64,000 nucleotides of DNA from NCBI GenBank assembly GCA_964016885.1, contig OZ024751.1, forward strand, positions 13,826,001-13,890,000. Direction: 5' to 3'. Of the stretch, positions 1 through 13,545 are shown piece after piece; positions within the stretch are counted from its first letter, which is position 1; each line of letters opens with the position of its first letter. A model generated the notes under the pieces. That model made no database searches. It was not told the DNA's origin and worked only from the letters and a program-made list of their open reading frames with translations. Origin of the DNA: Eledone cirrhosa. Its lineage: Eukaryota. Position numbers and translations under genes: made by a program.

Positions 1-50
<50 letters not shown>

Positions 51-61
51 TATGTGTGTGT

Positions 62-700
62 ATGCCAGGTCACCAGTTGGTGCTACTGGTAACATGTATC
101 CCAGTACAACCTGTCTCATGGTCGGGTCGTTGGCGACTAAACTGGCAACACCACCAAGGTTTCTTGGTGAGGAGGGTGACTTTGGACATCCTGCAGGACT
201 AAAAACAAAACCTGACAAAGGGCAAAGGAGCTCTTAAGAGTCAATGGCCATCCAAAATCACCGGGAGAGATGACCCCTTAGCCTTTGTCACCGGCAGAGA
301 TGACCCCTTAGCCTTTGTCAAGGCAGAATTCTAGGAGAAGGAAAACTCTGATATAACACCTGCAACCTTGATGGTATCCAATGATGTTGACTTGTTCTTC
401 TTTTTGGTAAATATCTTCTTGGTTAAGAGAGTGGGACTGGCTTTGTGCAGTGCCTTTGCTCACTATAAAAGCTTCACGGCACAGGCATTGCTTTATATCT
501 GGAGATCTCTCTGCACTTGTCGTCACATGGTACCATGGGCCCTGCACTATGTGTCAATAATTGTCACATGTGTAGTGTTTGTACCAGAGTTTTCAAGTCG
601 CTGGCTGGACTAAAAATTCACACTCGTTCAGCGCATCGGTAGGGGTTCTCCTACATGGATATAAAGTAGTGGCCGTACTCGAAAACGAGTTGGCAGCTAC
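62..700. repeat. Dispersed repeat of unknown class; related copies at about 30268-30440, 34514-34990 and 36830-36935 (reverse)
   Basis: Shared segment ...gtgctactggtaacatgta(a/t)cccagtacaacctgtctcatggtcgggtcg...actaaac(t/c)ggcaac in four places, each next to (TG)n/(TA)n. Confidence 0.7.
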
Positions 701-1219
701 CATGTGTGTGTATATGCGTATATATGTGTGTATATGAATATATGTGTGTGAATGAGTTTGTGTGTGTATGTGGGTGTATTTATCTATATGAGTGTATTTC
801 TGTGTGTGTGTGTGTGTGTGTGTGCGTTAGAGTGTTTATGCATGTGTGTGTGTAAGTGTATGTGCTTATATCACTGTATGTTCGTTTGTGTGTGTATCTG
901 TGTGTGTGTGTATGTGTGTATGTCTGTTGTATGTCTGTATGTTTGTGTGTGTATGTGTCTGTATCTCTATGTCTATCTTTGTGTATGTGTGTGTGTCTGT
1001 ATGTTTGTGTGTCTCTCTATGTTTGTGTGTGTGTGTGTGTGTGTGTGTCTGTATGTTTGTGTGTGTATGTGGCTGTATCTCCATGTCTATCTTTGTGTAT
1101 GTATGTGTGTCTGTATGTTTGTATGTGTGTGTGTATCTATGTTTGTGTGTGTGTGTGTATGTGTGTCTGTATGTTTGTGTGTGTGTGTGTGTTTGTCTCT
1201 ATGTTTGTGTGTGTGTGTC

Positions 1220-1262
<43 letters not shown>

Positions 1263-3020
1263 CTGTGTCTATATGTTTGTGTGTGTGTCTCTATGTATGT
1301 GTGTGTGTGTGACTCTGTATGTCAGTGTTTGTCTGTATATCAACGTCTGTACATGTATGTACAATACTCCCACCACCGCCCCACCTACCATCTGGCTCCC
1401 AAGCTGAAAGGAGGAGATGGTGAGGAAGTGGGGGAGAATGACGTGGAGGAGGGTGACGTGGAGGGGGAGTGGCGAATGACATTGAGGGGAGGGGGACGAG
1501 GAGGAAGAGGGGGAGGGGTGACATGGAGGAGGAAGAGAGGAAGAGAAGGAGGAGGGGGAGGGGGACATGGTCGAGGGGGGGAGGGATGACACGGAGGAAG
1601 AGGAGGAGGATGTAGAGGGGGATGAAGGGGAGTAGGAGGAGGGGGATGACATGGAGGAGGAGGATGAGGATGAAGGGGAGGGGAGGTCATATAGATGTCC
1701 CACAAAGTTAACAATATTCTTCAAGTGTGCAGTGGACAGGAAAATATTCCAGCAATCAGCAGCTTTGAAAGGGGCCACACGTACACACGTACACATACAC
1801 ACATACACACGTACACACGTACACATACACAGCACACACACACATACACACATACACGCATACACACGTACACGTACACATACACAGCATACACACGTAC
1901 ACACGTACACATACACACATACACACGTACACATACACAGCACACACACACATACACACGTACACATACACAGCATACACACGTACACACGTACACATAC
2001 ACACATACACACGTACACATACACAGCACACACACACATACACATACACAGCATACACACGTACACACGTACACAGCATACACACGTACACATACACACA
2101 TTACACACGTACACATACACAGCACATACACACATACACACATACACACGTACACGTACACATACACAGCATACACACGTACACATACACACGTACACAT
2201 ACACACATACACACGTACACACGTACACACGTACATACATACACACGTACACGCGTACACATTCACAGCATACACACATACACACGTACACACGTAGACA
2301 TACACAGCATACACACATATACACGTACACATGTACACATACACAGCATACACACGTACACATACACACATACACACGTACACATACACAGCATACACAC
2401 ATACACACGTATACAGCATACACACGTACACACGTACACATACACAACATACACACATACACATACACAGCATATACACATACACACACACGTACACACG
2501 TACACATACACACATACACATACACACGCACACAATTACACCATACACAGCATACACACACACACACCACGTGGTGGTGGTGTGGTGGTCGTGATCATGG
2601 TGGTGGTGATGGTGTGGGTATGATATTAGTTGTGGTAATGGTGATGGTTGTAGTGGTGGTGATGGTGATGGTGTTGATGATGATTATGGTGATGGTGGTG
2701 ATGGTGGTGGTGGTGATGTGGTGATGGTGATGGTGATGATGTGGTGATGATGTGTTGATGATGATGGTGGTATGGTGGTGACGATAGTGTTGATAGTGGT
2801 GGTGATGACGGTAATGACGGTGGTGGTGGTGTTGTTGGCGATGGTGATGGTGGTGTCGTTGTTGTTGTTGGTGGTGGTGGTGGTGGTGGTGATGATGGTA
2901 GTGGTGGTGGTGTCGTTGTTGTTGTTGGTGGTGGTGGTGGTGATGATGGTGATGATGGTAGTGGTGGTGGTGTCGTTGTTGTTGGTGGTGGTGGTGGTGG
3001 TGATGATGGTGGTGATGGTG
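700..3020. repeat. Low-complexity block: degenerate (TG)n 700-1350, GA-rich 1410-1690, (CA)/(TACAC) 1776-2570, (GGT/GAT)n 2571-3020
   Basis: Seen directly; overlapping VC/HT/V-rich ORFs are artefacts. Confidence 0.95.
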
Positions 3021-3426
3021 ATCAGGGCAACGTGTTATTGTAAATGAAAGAGTAAAAAAACGTATCTATTGAACATAAATACAGGAGAGAGAGAGAAAGA
3101 GAGAGAGAGCGTGAGAAAGAGAGAGTGAGAGAGAGAGAGATGAAGATATTGTTTAGAAAGGAGTAGGAGGTGGGGGTGATGAAGATGTGAAGGAGTGAAA
3201 AAACAGAGGTGTGGAAGGGTGAACGTATTGTATAATGGACGAATGCATATATTAATTATTTCTACTTTAGGCACAAGGCCAGCAAGTACCTCAGTGCATT
3301 ACTGGTACTTTATTTTATCCACCCCGTAGGGATGGAAGGCAAAGTCAACCTCCAGTGTAGAGAGGTCATCGATATATGAAAAAACACAGGGTAGAAAAAG
3401 AAAAGTAAAAAATATATATACATATT

Positions 3427-3612
3427 TGAATTGGCAGTATCGGTAGAGGGTTGGACGACATGCTTTCTAGCATAGTTACGTCCCTTTACGGTCTGAGTTC
3501 AAATCCCGTCGAGGTTAACTTTGCCTTTCATCCACATACGGGGTCGATAAAATAAAGTACCAGTAATGAATGTACTGGGTAATTGCTGGCCTTGTGCCAA
3601 AAGTAGAGACAA
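3427..3612 (+). mobile_element. tRNA-derived SINE, family A
   Basis: A box TGGCAGTATCGG, B box GAGTTCAAATCC, central ctttgcctttcatcc..ggggtcgataaaataaagtacc (resembles the Meta/Sauria-type SINE core), common 3' tail ggccttgtgccaaaagtagaaacaatta. Confidence 0.85.
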
Positions 3613-4012
3613 TTATTTTCACTCAAAATGGCTGGCAGAATACCCAGGCGCATTTTCTGTGATTGGGAGGGGCGCATTTCTTTTTCTCACTCTCTATCTT
3701 TCTATTTCATCTTTTATTTATCATTCTATCTTCTGATGACGGACTAGTGTCTAAATACGCCACAGCAGCGTCTTCGCGGCCAACCGCTATAGAACATTTA
3801 CCCAACATTTCAACAGCACGTGGAAATTATATATATATAGAATGGAAAACGAAAAATCAGTGATGCATCGGAACTTAATTTATTGCATATTACAATTGTT
3901 TCCCCGGCGAACAGTTCGGGGTGCGATCAGTGTGTCGATCGATCTGAGTCTGGATTCACAGGTTCTTTGGACACGTCTAGCGATTTTGGAGCAGATCCTC
4001 TTTGTGTGTATG

Positions 4013-4212
<200 letters not shown>

Positions 4213-4514
4213 CACCATATATACGGCATTCCTGTCTTAACGACATCACAACTTTCTCCGCTTAGCCTGTTCCCCACCTTTTGGAACTTTCCCCCGTTGA
4301 TGGGCGTGAGCCCGAAATATTGGGATTAAATCTCCACTACGGTAACCCTTCTACCTTTGTTTTGTTTTCATCTTTGTCTCTCTCAATTTTCACTTTCTCC
4401 TGTTTCTCCTATCTATCATTCACTTCCTACCTCGAGATTTCCCTCTGCATTGTTGTGGCTTTCTAAACTACGTATTTTACACATTTCACAATGCTTCAAG
4501 CAAACTTTAACACC

Positions 4515-4552
<38 letters not shown>

Positions 4553-4678
4553 AACGTGAGGTATATGATTTTTAATGCGATGAAATACCCATGATCGTTT
4601 GGTAAATCACTGATGAGGGACTCATTTTATAACATGTTATCCATGTGCAACCAGCAGTATTCTTCTCACCCATATTTT

Positions 4679-4757
<79 letters not shown>

Positions 4758-4837
4758 TAGTATATACATATATATATACAATAGTATATACATATATATA
4801 TATATATACAATAGTATATATATATATATATACAATA

Positions 4838-4876
<39 letters not shown>

Positions 4877-4877
4877 A

Positions 4878-4925
<48 letters not shown>

Positions 4926-4926
4926 G

Positions 4927-4985
<59 letters not shown>

Positions 4986-5025
4986 TAAGTGTGTGTGTGT
5001 GTGTGTGTATGTGTATACATATTAG

Positions 5026-5057
<32 letters not shown>

Positions 5058-5193
5058 AGTAGAAGGGATATTTAATTTGTTGGAAGTCCGACAAATATAA
5101 ATGTTTATAACTGATTTAGAGCACTCAACAAGTAACTGGAGTAAATATTCAATGATATTAAGTAAATGGAAACTATATTTAGAAAACCATATT

Positions 5194-5256
5194 TATTTTA
5201 TTATATATATTTCAAGGGTACCAAGACACATTGGTACGTTTTCATCAGATAAAATA
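5194..5256 (-). ncRNA. Type I minimal hammerhead ribozyme
   Basis: Minus strand: TATTTTAT CTGATGA aaacgtacc aatgtgtctt ggtaccctt GAAA tatata TA ATAAAATA. Confidence 0.8.
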
Positions 5257-5332
5257 CAAGACTATCCAGTGAATATCCAACCGATAAGGTATGATTTTCA
5301 TGGGTATGTCTCTATTTATAAAACAAACTTTG

Positions 5333-5397
5333 TATTTTATCTGATGAAAGCGTACCAATGTTGTCTTGGTTACCCTTGAAATATATATAATAAAATA
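5333..5397 (+). ncRNA. Type I minimal hammerhead ribozyme (mirror copy)
   Basis: TATTTTAT CTGATGA aagcgtacc..ggttaccctt GAAA tatata TA ATAAAATA. Confidence 0.78.
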
Positions 5398-5457
5398 AAT
5401 ATGGTTTTATAAATATAGTTTCCATTTATTTAATATCATTGTATATATATATATACA

Positions 5458-5497
<40 letters not shown>

Positions 5498-5520
5498 CTA
5501 CACACATTATATATACATAT

Positions 5521-5670
5521 AACTGCTTGATGGTTTCTCTCGTGAACTGGATATACAGTATATATATGCATACATACATACTCAAACCACACACACACAC
5601 ACATATATATATATACGTACATAAATAATACTCATATACGTATATTCATACATATACACGTACATGTATG

Positions 5671-5731
<61 letters not shown>

Positions 5732-5790
5732 CATACATACATGTACGTGTATATGTATGAATATACGTATATGAGTATTATTTATGTACG

Positions 5791-5821
<31 letters not shown>

Positions 5822-5885
5822 TGAGTATGTATGTATGCATATATATACTGTATATCCAGTTCACGAGAGAAACCATCAAGCAGTT
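5521..5885. repeat. Near-perfect fold-back centred on (TA)n
   Basis: aactgcttgatggtttctctcgtgaactggatatacag... at 5521 mirrors ...ctgtatatccagttcacgagagaaaccatcaagcagtt ending at 5885. Confidence 0.9.
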
Positions 5886-5994
5886 TGATGATTACATCAA
5901 GTTGACCTCTGACCTTGACCTGGCAGCAGTAGAAATGACCTCAATCTAGAGAGAGCGGACTGACCCTCACCTGAATATAGTAGAACCAGCAATG

Positions 5995-8620
5995 GATGTG
6001 GTGGTGGTAGGAGTGGTGGTGGGGCTTGTGATGGTCATGGTGGTGATGGTTGTACTGGTGGTGGTGGTGGTGGTTGTAGTCGTGGTGGTGGTGGTGGTGG
6101 TATTAGTCGTGGTGGTGGTGATGGTAGTACTGGTGGTTGTGGTGGTGGTGGTGGTGTGGTGTGGTGGTGGTGGTGGTGGTGGTAGGAGTGGTGGTGGTAG
6201 GAGTGGTGGTGGTGATGGTAGTACTGGTGGTTGTGGTGGTGATGGTGGTTGTTAATATGGTAGTGGTGGTGTGGTGTGGTGGTGGGAGTGGTGGTGGGGC
6301 TTGTGATGGTGGTGGTGGTGGTGGTTGTCGTGGTGGTTGTAGTCGTGGTGGTGATGGTAGTACTGGTGGTGGTGGTGGTGGTTGTTAATATGGTGGTGGT
6401 GGTGGTTGTTAATATGGTGGTGGTGGTGTGGTGTGGTGGTGGGAGTGGTGGTGGGGCTTGTGATGGTGGTGGTGGTGGTGGTTGTCGTGGTGGTTGTAGT
6501 CGTGGTGGTGATGGTAGTACTGGTGGTGGTGGTGGTGGTTGTTAATATGGTGGTGGTGGTGGTGGTGGTGGTGGTGTGGTGGTGGTGGTTGTAGTCGTGG
6601 TGGTGATGGTAGTACTGGTGGTGGTGGTGGTGGTGGTTGGTAATATGGTGGTGGTGGTGTGGTGTGGTGGTGGTGGTGGTAGGAGTGGTGGTGGGGCTTG
6701 TGGTGGTGGTTGTCGTGGAGGTTGTAGTCGTGGTGGTGATGGTAGTACTGGTGGTTGTGGTGGTGGTGGTGGTTGTTAATATGGTGGTGGTGGTGTGGTG
6801 TGGTGGTGGTGTGGTGTGGTGGTGGTGGTGGTAGGAGTGGTGGTGGTGGTGGTTGTCGTGGTGGTTGTAGTCGTGGTGGTGATGGTAGTACTGGTGGTGG
6901 TGGTGGTGGTGGTTGTTGTTAATATGGTGGTGGTGGTGGTGTGGTGTGGTGGTGGTGGTTGTAGTCGTGGTGGTGATGGTAGTACTGGTGGTGGTGGTGG
7001 TGGTCGTTGGTAATATGGTGGTGGTGGTGTGGTGGTGGTGGTTGTAGTCGTGGTGGTGATGTTAGTACTGGTGGTGGTTGATGTTGGTGGTGAATCTGGT
7101 GTTGGTGGAGGTAATGATGATGGTAGTAGATGTTGTGGTGGTGGTGGTGGTGGTCTTGGTGGTGGTGGTGGTGGTAGTAGATGTTGATGTGGTGGTGGTA
7201 GTGCTGGTGGTCGTGGTTCGGGTATTGGTGAATGTAAAAATGATGAGGAATAAGCATACCACCACCACAACAACAACAACAACAACAACTGCCACCACCA
7301 CAACCACACCACCACCGCCACCACACCACCACCAGTACCACCACCACCACCACTACACCACCACCAGTACCACCACCACCACCACCACCTCAACCATCAC
7401 CATCACAACCACTACCAACAACAACTACCACTACAACCACAACAATATAATCACCACCAATAACAACTACTACCACTACCATCAGTATCACAACAACAAC
7501 TACCACTGCAACCACCACCAACTCCACCTTAACTCCACCACAACCATCACCATCACCACCACTACACCATCACAACCACAGCCACCACCAACAACACCAC
7601 AATCCCCAACACTACCACCATAACACAATGATTACCACCATCACCATACCACCACACCACCATACCACCACCATACCACCACCACCACACCACCACACCA
7701 CCATACCACCATACCACCACACCACCATACCACCACCATACCACCACCATACCACCACCATACCACCATACCACCATCACACCATCACACCACCACACCA
7801 CCACCATACCACCACCACCACACCACCATACCACCACCACCACACCATCACACCACCATACCACCACACCACCATACCACCACACCACCACACCACCACC
7901 ACCATACCACCATACCACCACCACCACACCACCACACCACCATACCACCATACCACCACCACCACACCACCACACCACCATACCACCACACCACCACCAC
8001 CATACCACCACACCACCATACCACCACACCACCACCACACCACCACACCACCATACCACCACCACCACTACATCATCACCTGAGATGACCTCAATCTAGA
8101 TGTCCAGTATTGACCCTCACCTCTGTCCAGAGTAGATTTACTGTAATCAGCATGGACAGAAGAAGCTGATAACCAACAGACTATGGACATCAGCTGACCA
8201 CCACCACTACTGTACCACCACTACTGTATAACTACCACTACTACTACTGTACCACCACCACCACCACCACTACCACCACTACTGTACCACCACCACTGTA
8301 CCATCGCCCCCACCACCACCACCACTATCACAACCAGTACTATCACCACTAAGTTGTACTCACAATGTATTAGACAAGCTGAAGCTACAGTAGAAGACAG
8401 CAACAACTACAGCCGCCACCACTACCACAACCACTACCACAACCACTAACACCACCACTACAACCACAACCAGTACTACCACCATTACGTTGTACTCAGC
8501 TGAAGCGACAGTAGAAGACAGCAACAACTACAGCCGCCACCACTACCACAACCACCGTCACAACCACTAACACCACCACCACAACCACAGCCAGTACTAC
8601 CACCACTACGTTGTACTAAC
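5995..8620. repeat. Compound (GGT)n then (CAC/CCA)n trinucleotide satellite
   Basis: GGT-rich 5995-7220 switches to CAC-rich from 7257; higher-order units visible. Confidence 0.95.
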
Positions 8621-8754
8621 AATGTATTAGACAAGCTGAAGCCTCAATAAAAGACAGTTGTCTGAGGTGTCTCATGTTGAGATTGAACATGGGACGACAT
8701 TGTTGTGGACAGATCTACTGCCAGCTATTTAAGGGAAAGGAAAAGTTGATTACA

Positions 8755-9665
8755 TTATATACTCGAATATAAGGTCGATGACCTTATATACTCGAATATA
8801 AGTCTTAGTGAGTAGATAGATGTCTTATTACTGTATATACTCAAATATAAGGCGAAGTGAGTAGATAGATGTCTTATTACGGTGAATTGGCAGTATTGGT
8901 AGAGGGTCAGACATGCTTTCCAGCGTAGTTACGTCCCTTTACGATCTGAATTCAAATCCCGCCGAGGTTAACTTTGCCTTTCATCCTTACGGGGTCGATA
9001 AAATAAAGTACCAGTAATGTACTGGGTAATTGTTAGCCTTGTGCCAAAAGTAGAAACAATTATTACTGTATATACTCAAATATAAGGTCGATTATATTAT
9101 ATACTCGAATATAAGTCGAAGTGAGTAGATAGATATCTTATTACAGTATATACTCAAATATAAGGTCGATTACATTATATACTCGAATATAAGTCGAAGT
9201 GAGTAGATAGATGTCATATTACTGTATATACTCGAATATAAGATTGATTACAGTATATATTCAAATATAAGGTCGATTACATCATATACTCGAATATAAG
9301 TCGAAGTAAGTAGATAGATGTCATATTACTGTATATACTCGAATATAAGATTCATTACAGTATATATTCAAATATAAGGTCGATTACATCATATACTCGA
9401 ATATAAGTCGAAGTGAGTAGATAGATATATACTCAAATATAAGGCAAGGAATGTGTGACCAAGAAATCGATGGTAGAAGGGTCGATTTATATTCGAGGTC
9501 AATATTTTAACAATTTACACCTACTTTAAATTCTACATAAATAGGGTTTGCATTTTTGCCCACTTCTCAGACATGAAATAGTGGGGATCGGCTTATATTC
9601 GTATGGTATATATGGTATTATGGTATATATGGTATATATGGTATATATGGTATATATGGTATACT
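8755..9665. mobile_element. Tandemly amplified terminus of a pogo/Tc-mariner-type MITE, interrupted by a SINE at 8881-9062
   Basis: Reiterated tactgtatatactc(g/a)aatataag(g/t)cga; inverted partner tcggcttatattcg near 9588. Family assignment from recalled TIR similarity. Confidence 0.5.
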
Positions 9666-9679
9666 ATCTCTAATAGTTT

Positions 9680-11085
9680 ACTGGTAACTTATTTTGTCGA
9701 CACCAAGAGGAAGAAGGATAGCGTTGACCTTGATACGATTTGACCTCAGAATCCTAATGTTTGTGAAATAATTGTTTCTACTTTTGTCACAAGCCCAGCA
9801 ATTACCCAGTGCATTACTGGTACTTTTTTATCGACCCCGTAAGGATGAAAGGAAAAGCTAACCACGGCGCGATTTGAACTCAGAACCTAAAGGGCCGTAA
9901 CTCTATGCTTCAAAGCATGTTGTCCGGCGCTCTACCGATTCTGCTAATCTACCTCCCTGGGCTTGTGGAATAATTGTTTCTACTTTTGGCACAAGGCTAG
10001 CAATTACTAAGTGCATTACTGGTATCGACCCCGTAAGGATGAAAGGCAAAGTTAACCTCGGCGGGATTTGAACTCAGAATGGCAAGGGCCGTAACTCTAT
10101 GCGTCAAGGCATGTCGTCCGACCCTCTACCGATACTGGGCTTGTGTAATAATTGTTTCTACTTTTGGCACAAGGCCAGCAATTAATCCAGTGTATTACTG
10201 GTACTTTATTTTATCGCCCCCATAAAGATGAAAGGCAAAGTTAACCTCGGCGGGATTTGAACTCAGACCATAAAGGGCCGTAACTCTTTGCTGCAAAGCA
10301 TGGTGTCCGACCCTCTAGGGATACTGCCAAATAATGATTTTTAATTTTGGCACAAGGTCAGCAGTTTCGAGGGGGAAGGGAGAGTCACATATCGATTCCA
10401 CCCCCATCCCACCTCACACGCCTTATCCCAGCCCAGTACTTCACAGGTATTGTATTTTATTATTGACCTTAGAAGGATAAAGATAAAATTTGACCTCAGT
10501 GTGATTTGAAACCAGAACGTAGAGGTTCGTAACGAAATACTGGCATTTCACCCGACACACTAAAGATTCTGCCAATCGACCGTTCACAATAGTGAGCTGG
10601 GGTGAGTGGGAAAGACGGAGGCAGTGACAATAGGAGTTTGTTTGTTTTTTGTGTTCGGACCTGGTGTATAAGAATGACGGCTTTCATGCAGGTAAACGCA
10701 AAAGGGAGTAATTTGATATTTATGTATAATGGTGTATAAAGACCAACAATTCTGGTGGGAGGGGAAGACGATTAAATTCACCGCAGTGCATTACTGGTAC
10801 TTTATTTTATCGACCCCTTAAGGGTGAAAAACAAAGCTAACCCCGGCAAGATTTGAACTCAGAACAAAAGCATGTTGTCCGACGCTTTATGTTTATGTAT
10901 AATGATTTCTACTATAGGCGCAAGGCCAGCAATATGGGAGGGAGGGGAAAGTCGATTAAATCGACCCCAGTGGATTAAACGCTAAGTTAATATCGGCGGG
11001 ATTTGAACTCAGAACGTAAAGGGACGTAACTATATGCTGCAAAGATGTTGTTCGACGCTCTATCGATTCTGCCAATCCACTGCTT
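9680..11085 (-). mobile_element. Cluster of about 7 head-to-tail family A SINE copies
   Basis: Repeated aattgtttctacttttggcacaagg...gaccccgtaaggatgaaaggcaaagttaacctcggcgggatttgaactcaga. Confidence 0.85.
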
Positions 11086-11350
11086 TTACGTTTATGTATA
11101 ATAAACATACATATATCTCACTGTGAAAGTTTTGTTGTTGTTTTTGATTCGTTATTTTAGCTGTAATCGATCATATCACAGCTACCTCAAATAGTCGCTG
11201 TACTTAAATGTGAGGTTTCTTTAGTTACCTCCCTTTAACGAAGTTCTAACTGCCGATTTTTAATGTGAATTTTCTGCGTAACAACTTTGTATCTAAGTCA
11301 ATAAAAAAAATGATCTGATATGTAGTTTATAACATATTTTATATATTCAG

Positions 11351-11392
<42 letters not shown>

Positions 11393-11422
11393 CGCATACA
11401 CATAATGCGGGATCGCACAAAA

Positions 11423-11457
11423 CGGAAGTAGCTATTCTCTGCACTCAACCGGAAGTG
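11423..11457 (+). promoter_or_regulatory. Tandem ETS/GABP-type motifs, likely housekeeping promoter
   Basis: CGGAAGT at 11423-11429 and CCGGAAGTG at 11449-11457, 60-95 bp upstream of the ATG. Confidence 0.55.
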
Positions 11458-11516
11458 TAACGCACATGTGTATATCACAATATTTCTATCAAACTGGTAA
11501 ACAAATTTTATAGAAG

Positions 11517-12416
11517 ATGAAGTTGGAGAAAAAAAAGAAGAAACTGAAGGAAAAAAAGACGAAAGTGCAGAAGACGGAAAAAAAGACGAAAGTGCAGAAG
11601 ACAGAAAAAAATGAAGAAAAAGAAGTAGAGGAGATAGTATCGAATGAATCGATTTTACATCGAGTATTGAGTTTAAATTTACCACATGCTTCGATGTGCC
11701 GTGAGAGGGTGAGCGTGAAAAATCCGAACAAAATGGTTACGTTTATTAAAGAAATCAAAGAACGGTATGATACTATAACTAAATTGGACAGGGTGTTGTC
11801 GTACGAGGAGAAAATATTTAGTAGACTATTCTTCAGGTTCAACAATTCCATGTATCCTTTTATACATTGGCGTTACATTCGCAGATTAAAACAATGTTGT
11901 AAAAAACGAGCGAGCATCAAACTATGTAGTCTGATCGACAAGGTAAATTTTTCCTTAAAAACTTTCAATTCTTTCGAACGAGAAACCTATATGCCATCGA
12001 AAAAGCTGGTTGAGTATTTCCTCATTCGTTTGATAGGGTGTGTTGCTCTGAACGTGAGGACCTACACATTCTGTGCTGAGTGCTTTGTCAAGTTACAACA
12101 ATATCTAACTATTGGTCACAATGTTCAGAAAATCCTGGCCCTCATTGCTGCAACCAGTCGTCTGTGGATTCTTCACCGAACGTTAGCTTGCGAAACCATG
12201 GATCTTTATACGTGTGTTAGGAAGCTATTTAAAGCTATCAGTCCAAACTGGAAGCGATTTCCGTGTAATCTAAACAAATGGTTGAAAAATAACCTGGGAC
12301 TTGACTGTTCTGATTTAAAAGAGAATATATCTCTAACGGACCTAAATATTGCCAGTCCTGGCATTGAAATGTACTATCAAGCAAACCACGAGGAAGATAT
12401 TGGTGAACCGGTGTAA
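11517..12416 (+). CDS. NEPRO: Nucleolus and neural progenitor protein / RNase MRP subunit (NEPRO/RMP64, DUF4477)-like, 299 aa, uninterrupted ORF
   Basis: Non-repetitive ORF with Lys-rich N-terminus; motifs E..IFSRLFFRFNNS, YMPSKKLVEYFLIRLIG, ALIAATSRLW and terminal EDIGEPV match my recollection of the DUF4477/Rmp1 family. Confidence 0.75.
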   Translation: MKLEKKKKKLKEKKTKVQKTEKKTKVQKTEKNEEKEVEEIVSNESILHRVLSLNLPHASMCRERVSVKNPNKMVTFIKEIKERYDTITKLDRVLSYEEKIFSRLFFRFNNSMYPFIHWRYIRRLKQCCKKRASIKLCSLIDKVNFSLKTFNSFERETYMPSKKLVEYFLIRLIGCVALNVRTYTFCAECFVKLQQYLTIGHNVQKILALIAATSRLWILHRTLACETMDLYTCVRKLFKAISPNWKRFPCNLNKWLKNNLGLDCSDLKENISLTDLNIASPGIEMYYQANHEEDIGEPV

Positions 12417-12609
12417 CTTAGATTATAAAATATTAGATAAATTTTATTTAATTGTTATTGTTGTTTATCCTAAGGTCGGCTTACAAACACAAGTCTACTG
12501 GATTAACCAGTAGACTTGTGTTTCTCAACTTTTTTACCCTTGTGGAATCCTTGAAATAGTTTTCATGTCAGAGAAACCCCGCATACAAAAATATTATATA
12601 TACCATTAA

Positions 12610-12862
12610 TCCCGCCGAGGTTAACTTTGCCTTTCATCGATAAAATAAAGTACCAGTAATGCACTGAGGTAATTCCTGGCCTTGTTTGTGCCTAAAGTAG
12701 AAACAATTATTAATATGCGTTAACCTCGGCGGGATTTGAACGGTCTGAGTTCAAATACCTTTGAGGTTAACTTTGCCTTTCATCCTTACGGGGGTCGATA
12801 AAATAAAGTACCAGTAATGCACTGAGGTAATTGCTGGCCTTGTGCCAAAAGTAGAAACAATT
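12610..12862 (+). mobile_element. Two partial family A SINEs
   Basis: gaggttaactttgcctttcatc...aagtagaaacaattatt occurs twice. Confidence 0.8.
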
Positions 12863-13319
12863 ATTATACATTAGCTTATTTATCACTGCTTCTCGCGGAA
12901 CCCAAGGATTCCGGGGGACACCGGTTGACAAACGGTGCAGTAGACCCATGATTAAAGGTTGTCCAGCTATAATAATCGAATATACTATGTAGCCGGTACA
13001 CCCGAAAGGGACGCAACACATCGCTATAGCGTTTCACCAGACCCTTCTGTTGTCTATCTGTTTATGTATTTACGTGTAGATGTGTGTGTGTGTATGTAAC
13101 TAAAGCGAAACGTACGTTACGAATGGACGATTTTAACTTGTTTTTTAACAATTTATAGTGGAAAAGATTTCAAATTGTCTTAACTCGGTGTCTGACACTC
13201 TTACCGGCTAAATTCAACCATAGTGTATTTAGGACCATGTTATTCGATGTGTCCTTCCTTTTATTAAATAATGTTATTTTTGTTGTTTAGACAAGTTAGA
13301 CACATTTTCTAACATGTCC

Positions 13320-13545
13320 ATTTTTTTTAAGTGGTCGAGTAAAGAATCGCTGGACAGATTTTATGTACAAAACCAACCGACTGGAGACCCAAGGGTAGAC
13401 TCCGAGCAAGTTGGTTGGATAACATCCATGAGCTTGGGGATCCAACCGGATCAATTGGAGACGGTTGCTTCTGACAGGACCCGCTGGAGAAGTGTTCGAG
13501 GATTCTGCCCCCATGGCCCTCAGAAGTGAGCGAAGAAGAAGAGTA
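13320..13545 (+). mobile_element. RTE-like LINE 3' fragment; related reverse copy at about 21500-21810
   Basis: RPKGR..ARWLDNI-type 3' coding remnant followed by a (GAA)n tail. Confidence 0.5.

Noticed and set aside
3725-3765. CTGATGA motifs at 3733, 4610, 35164 (minus) and 47761
   Set aside because: No correctly placed GAAA, stem III and stem I; at most decayed remnants.
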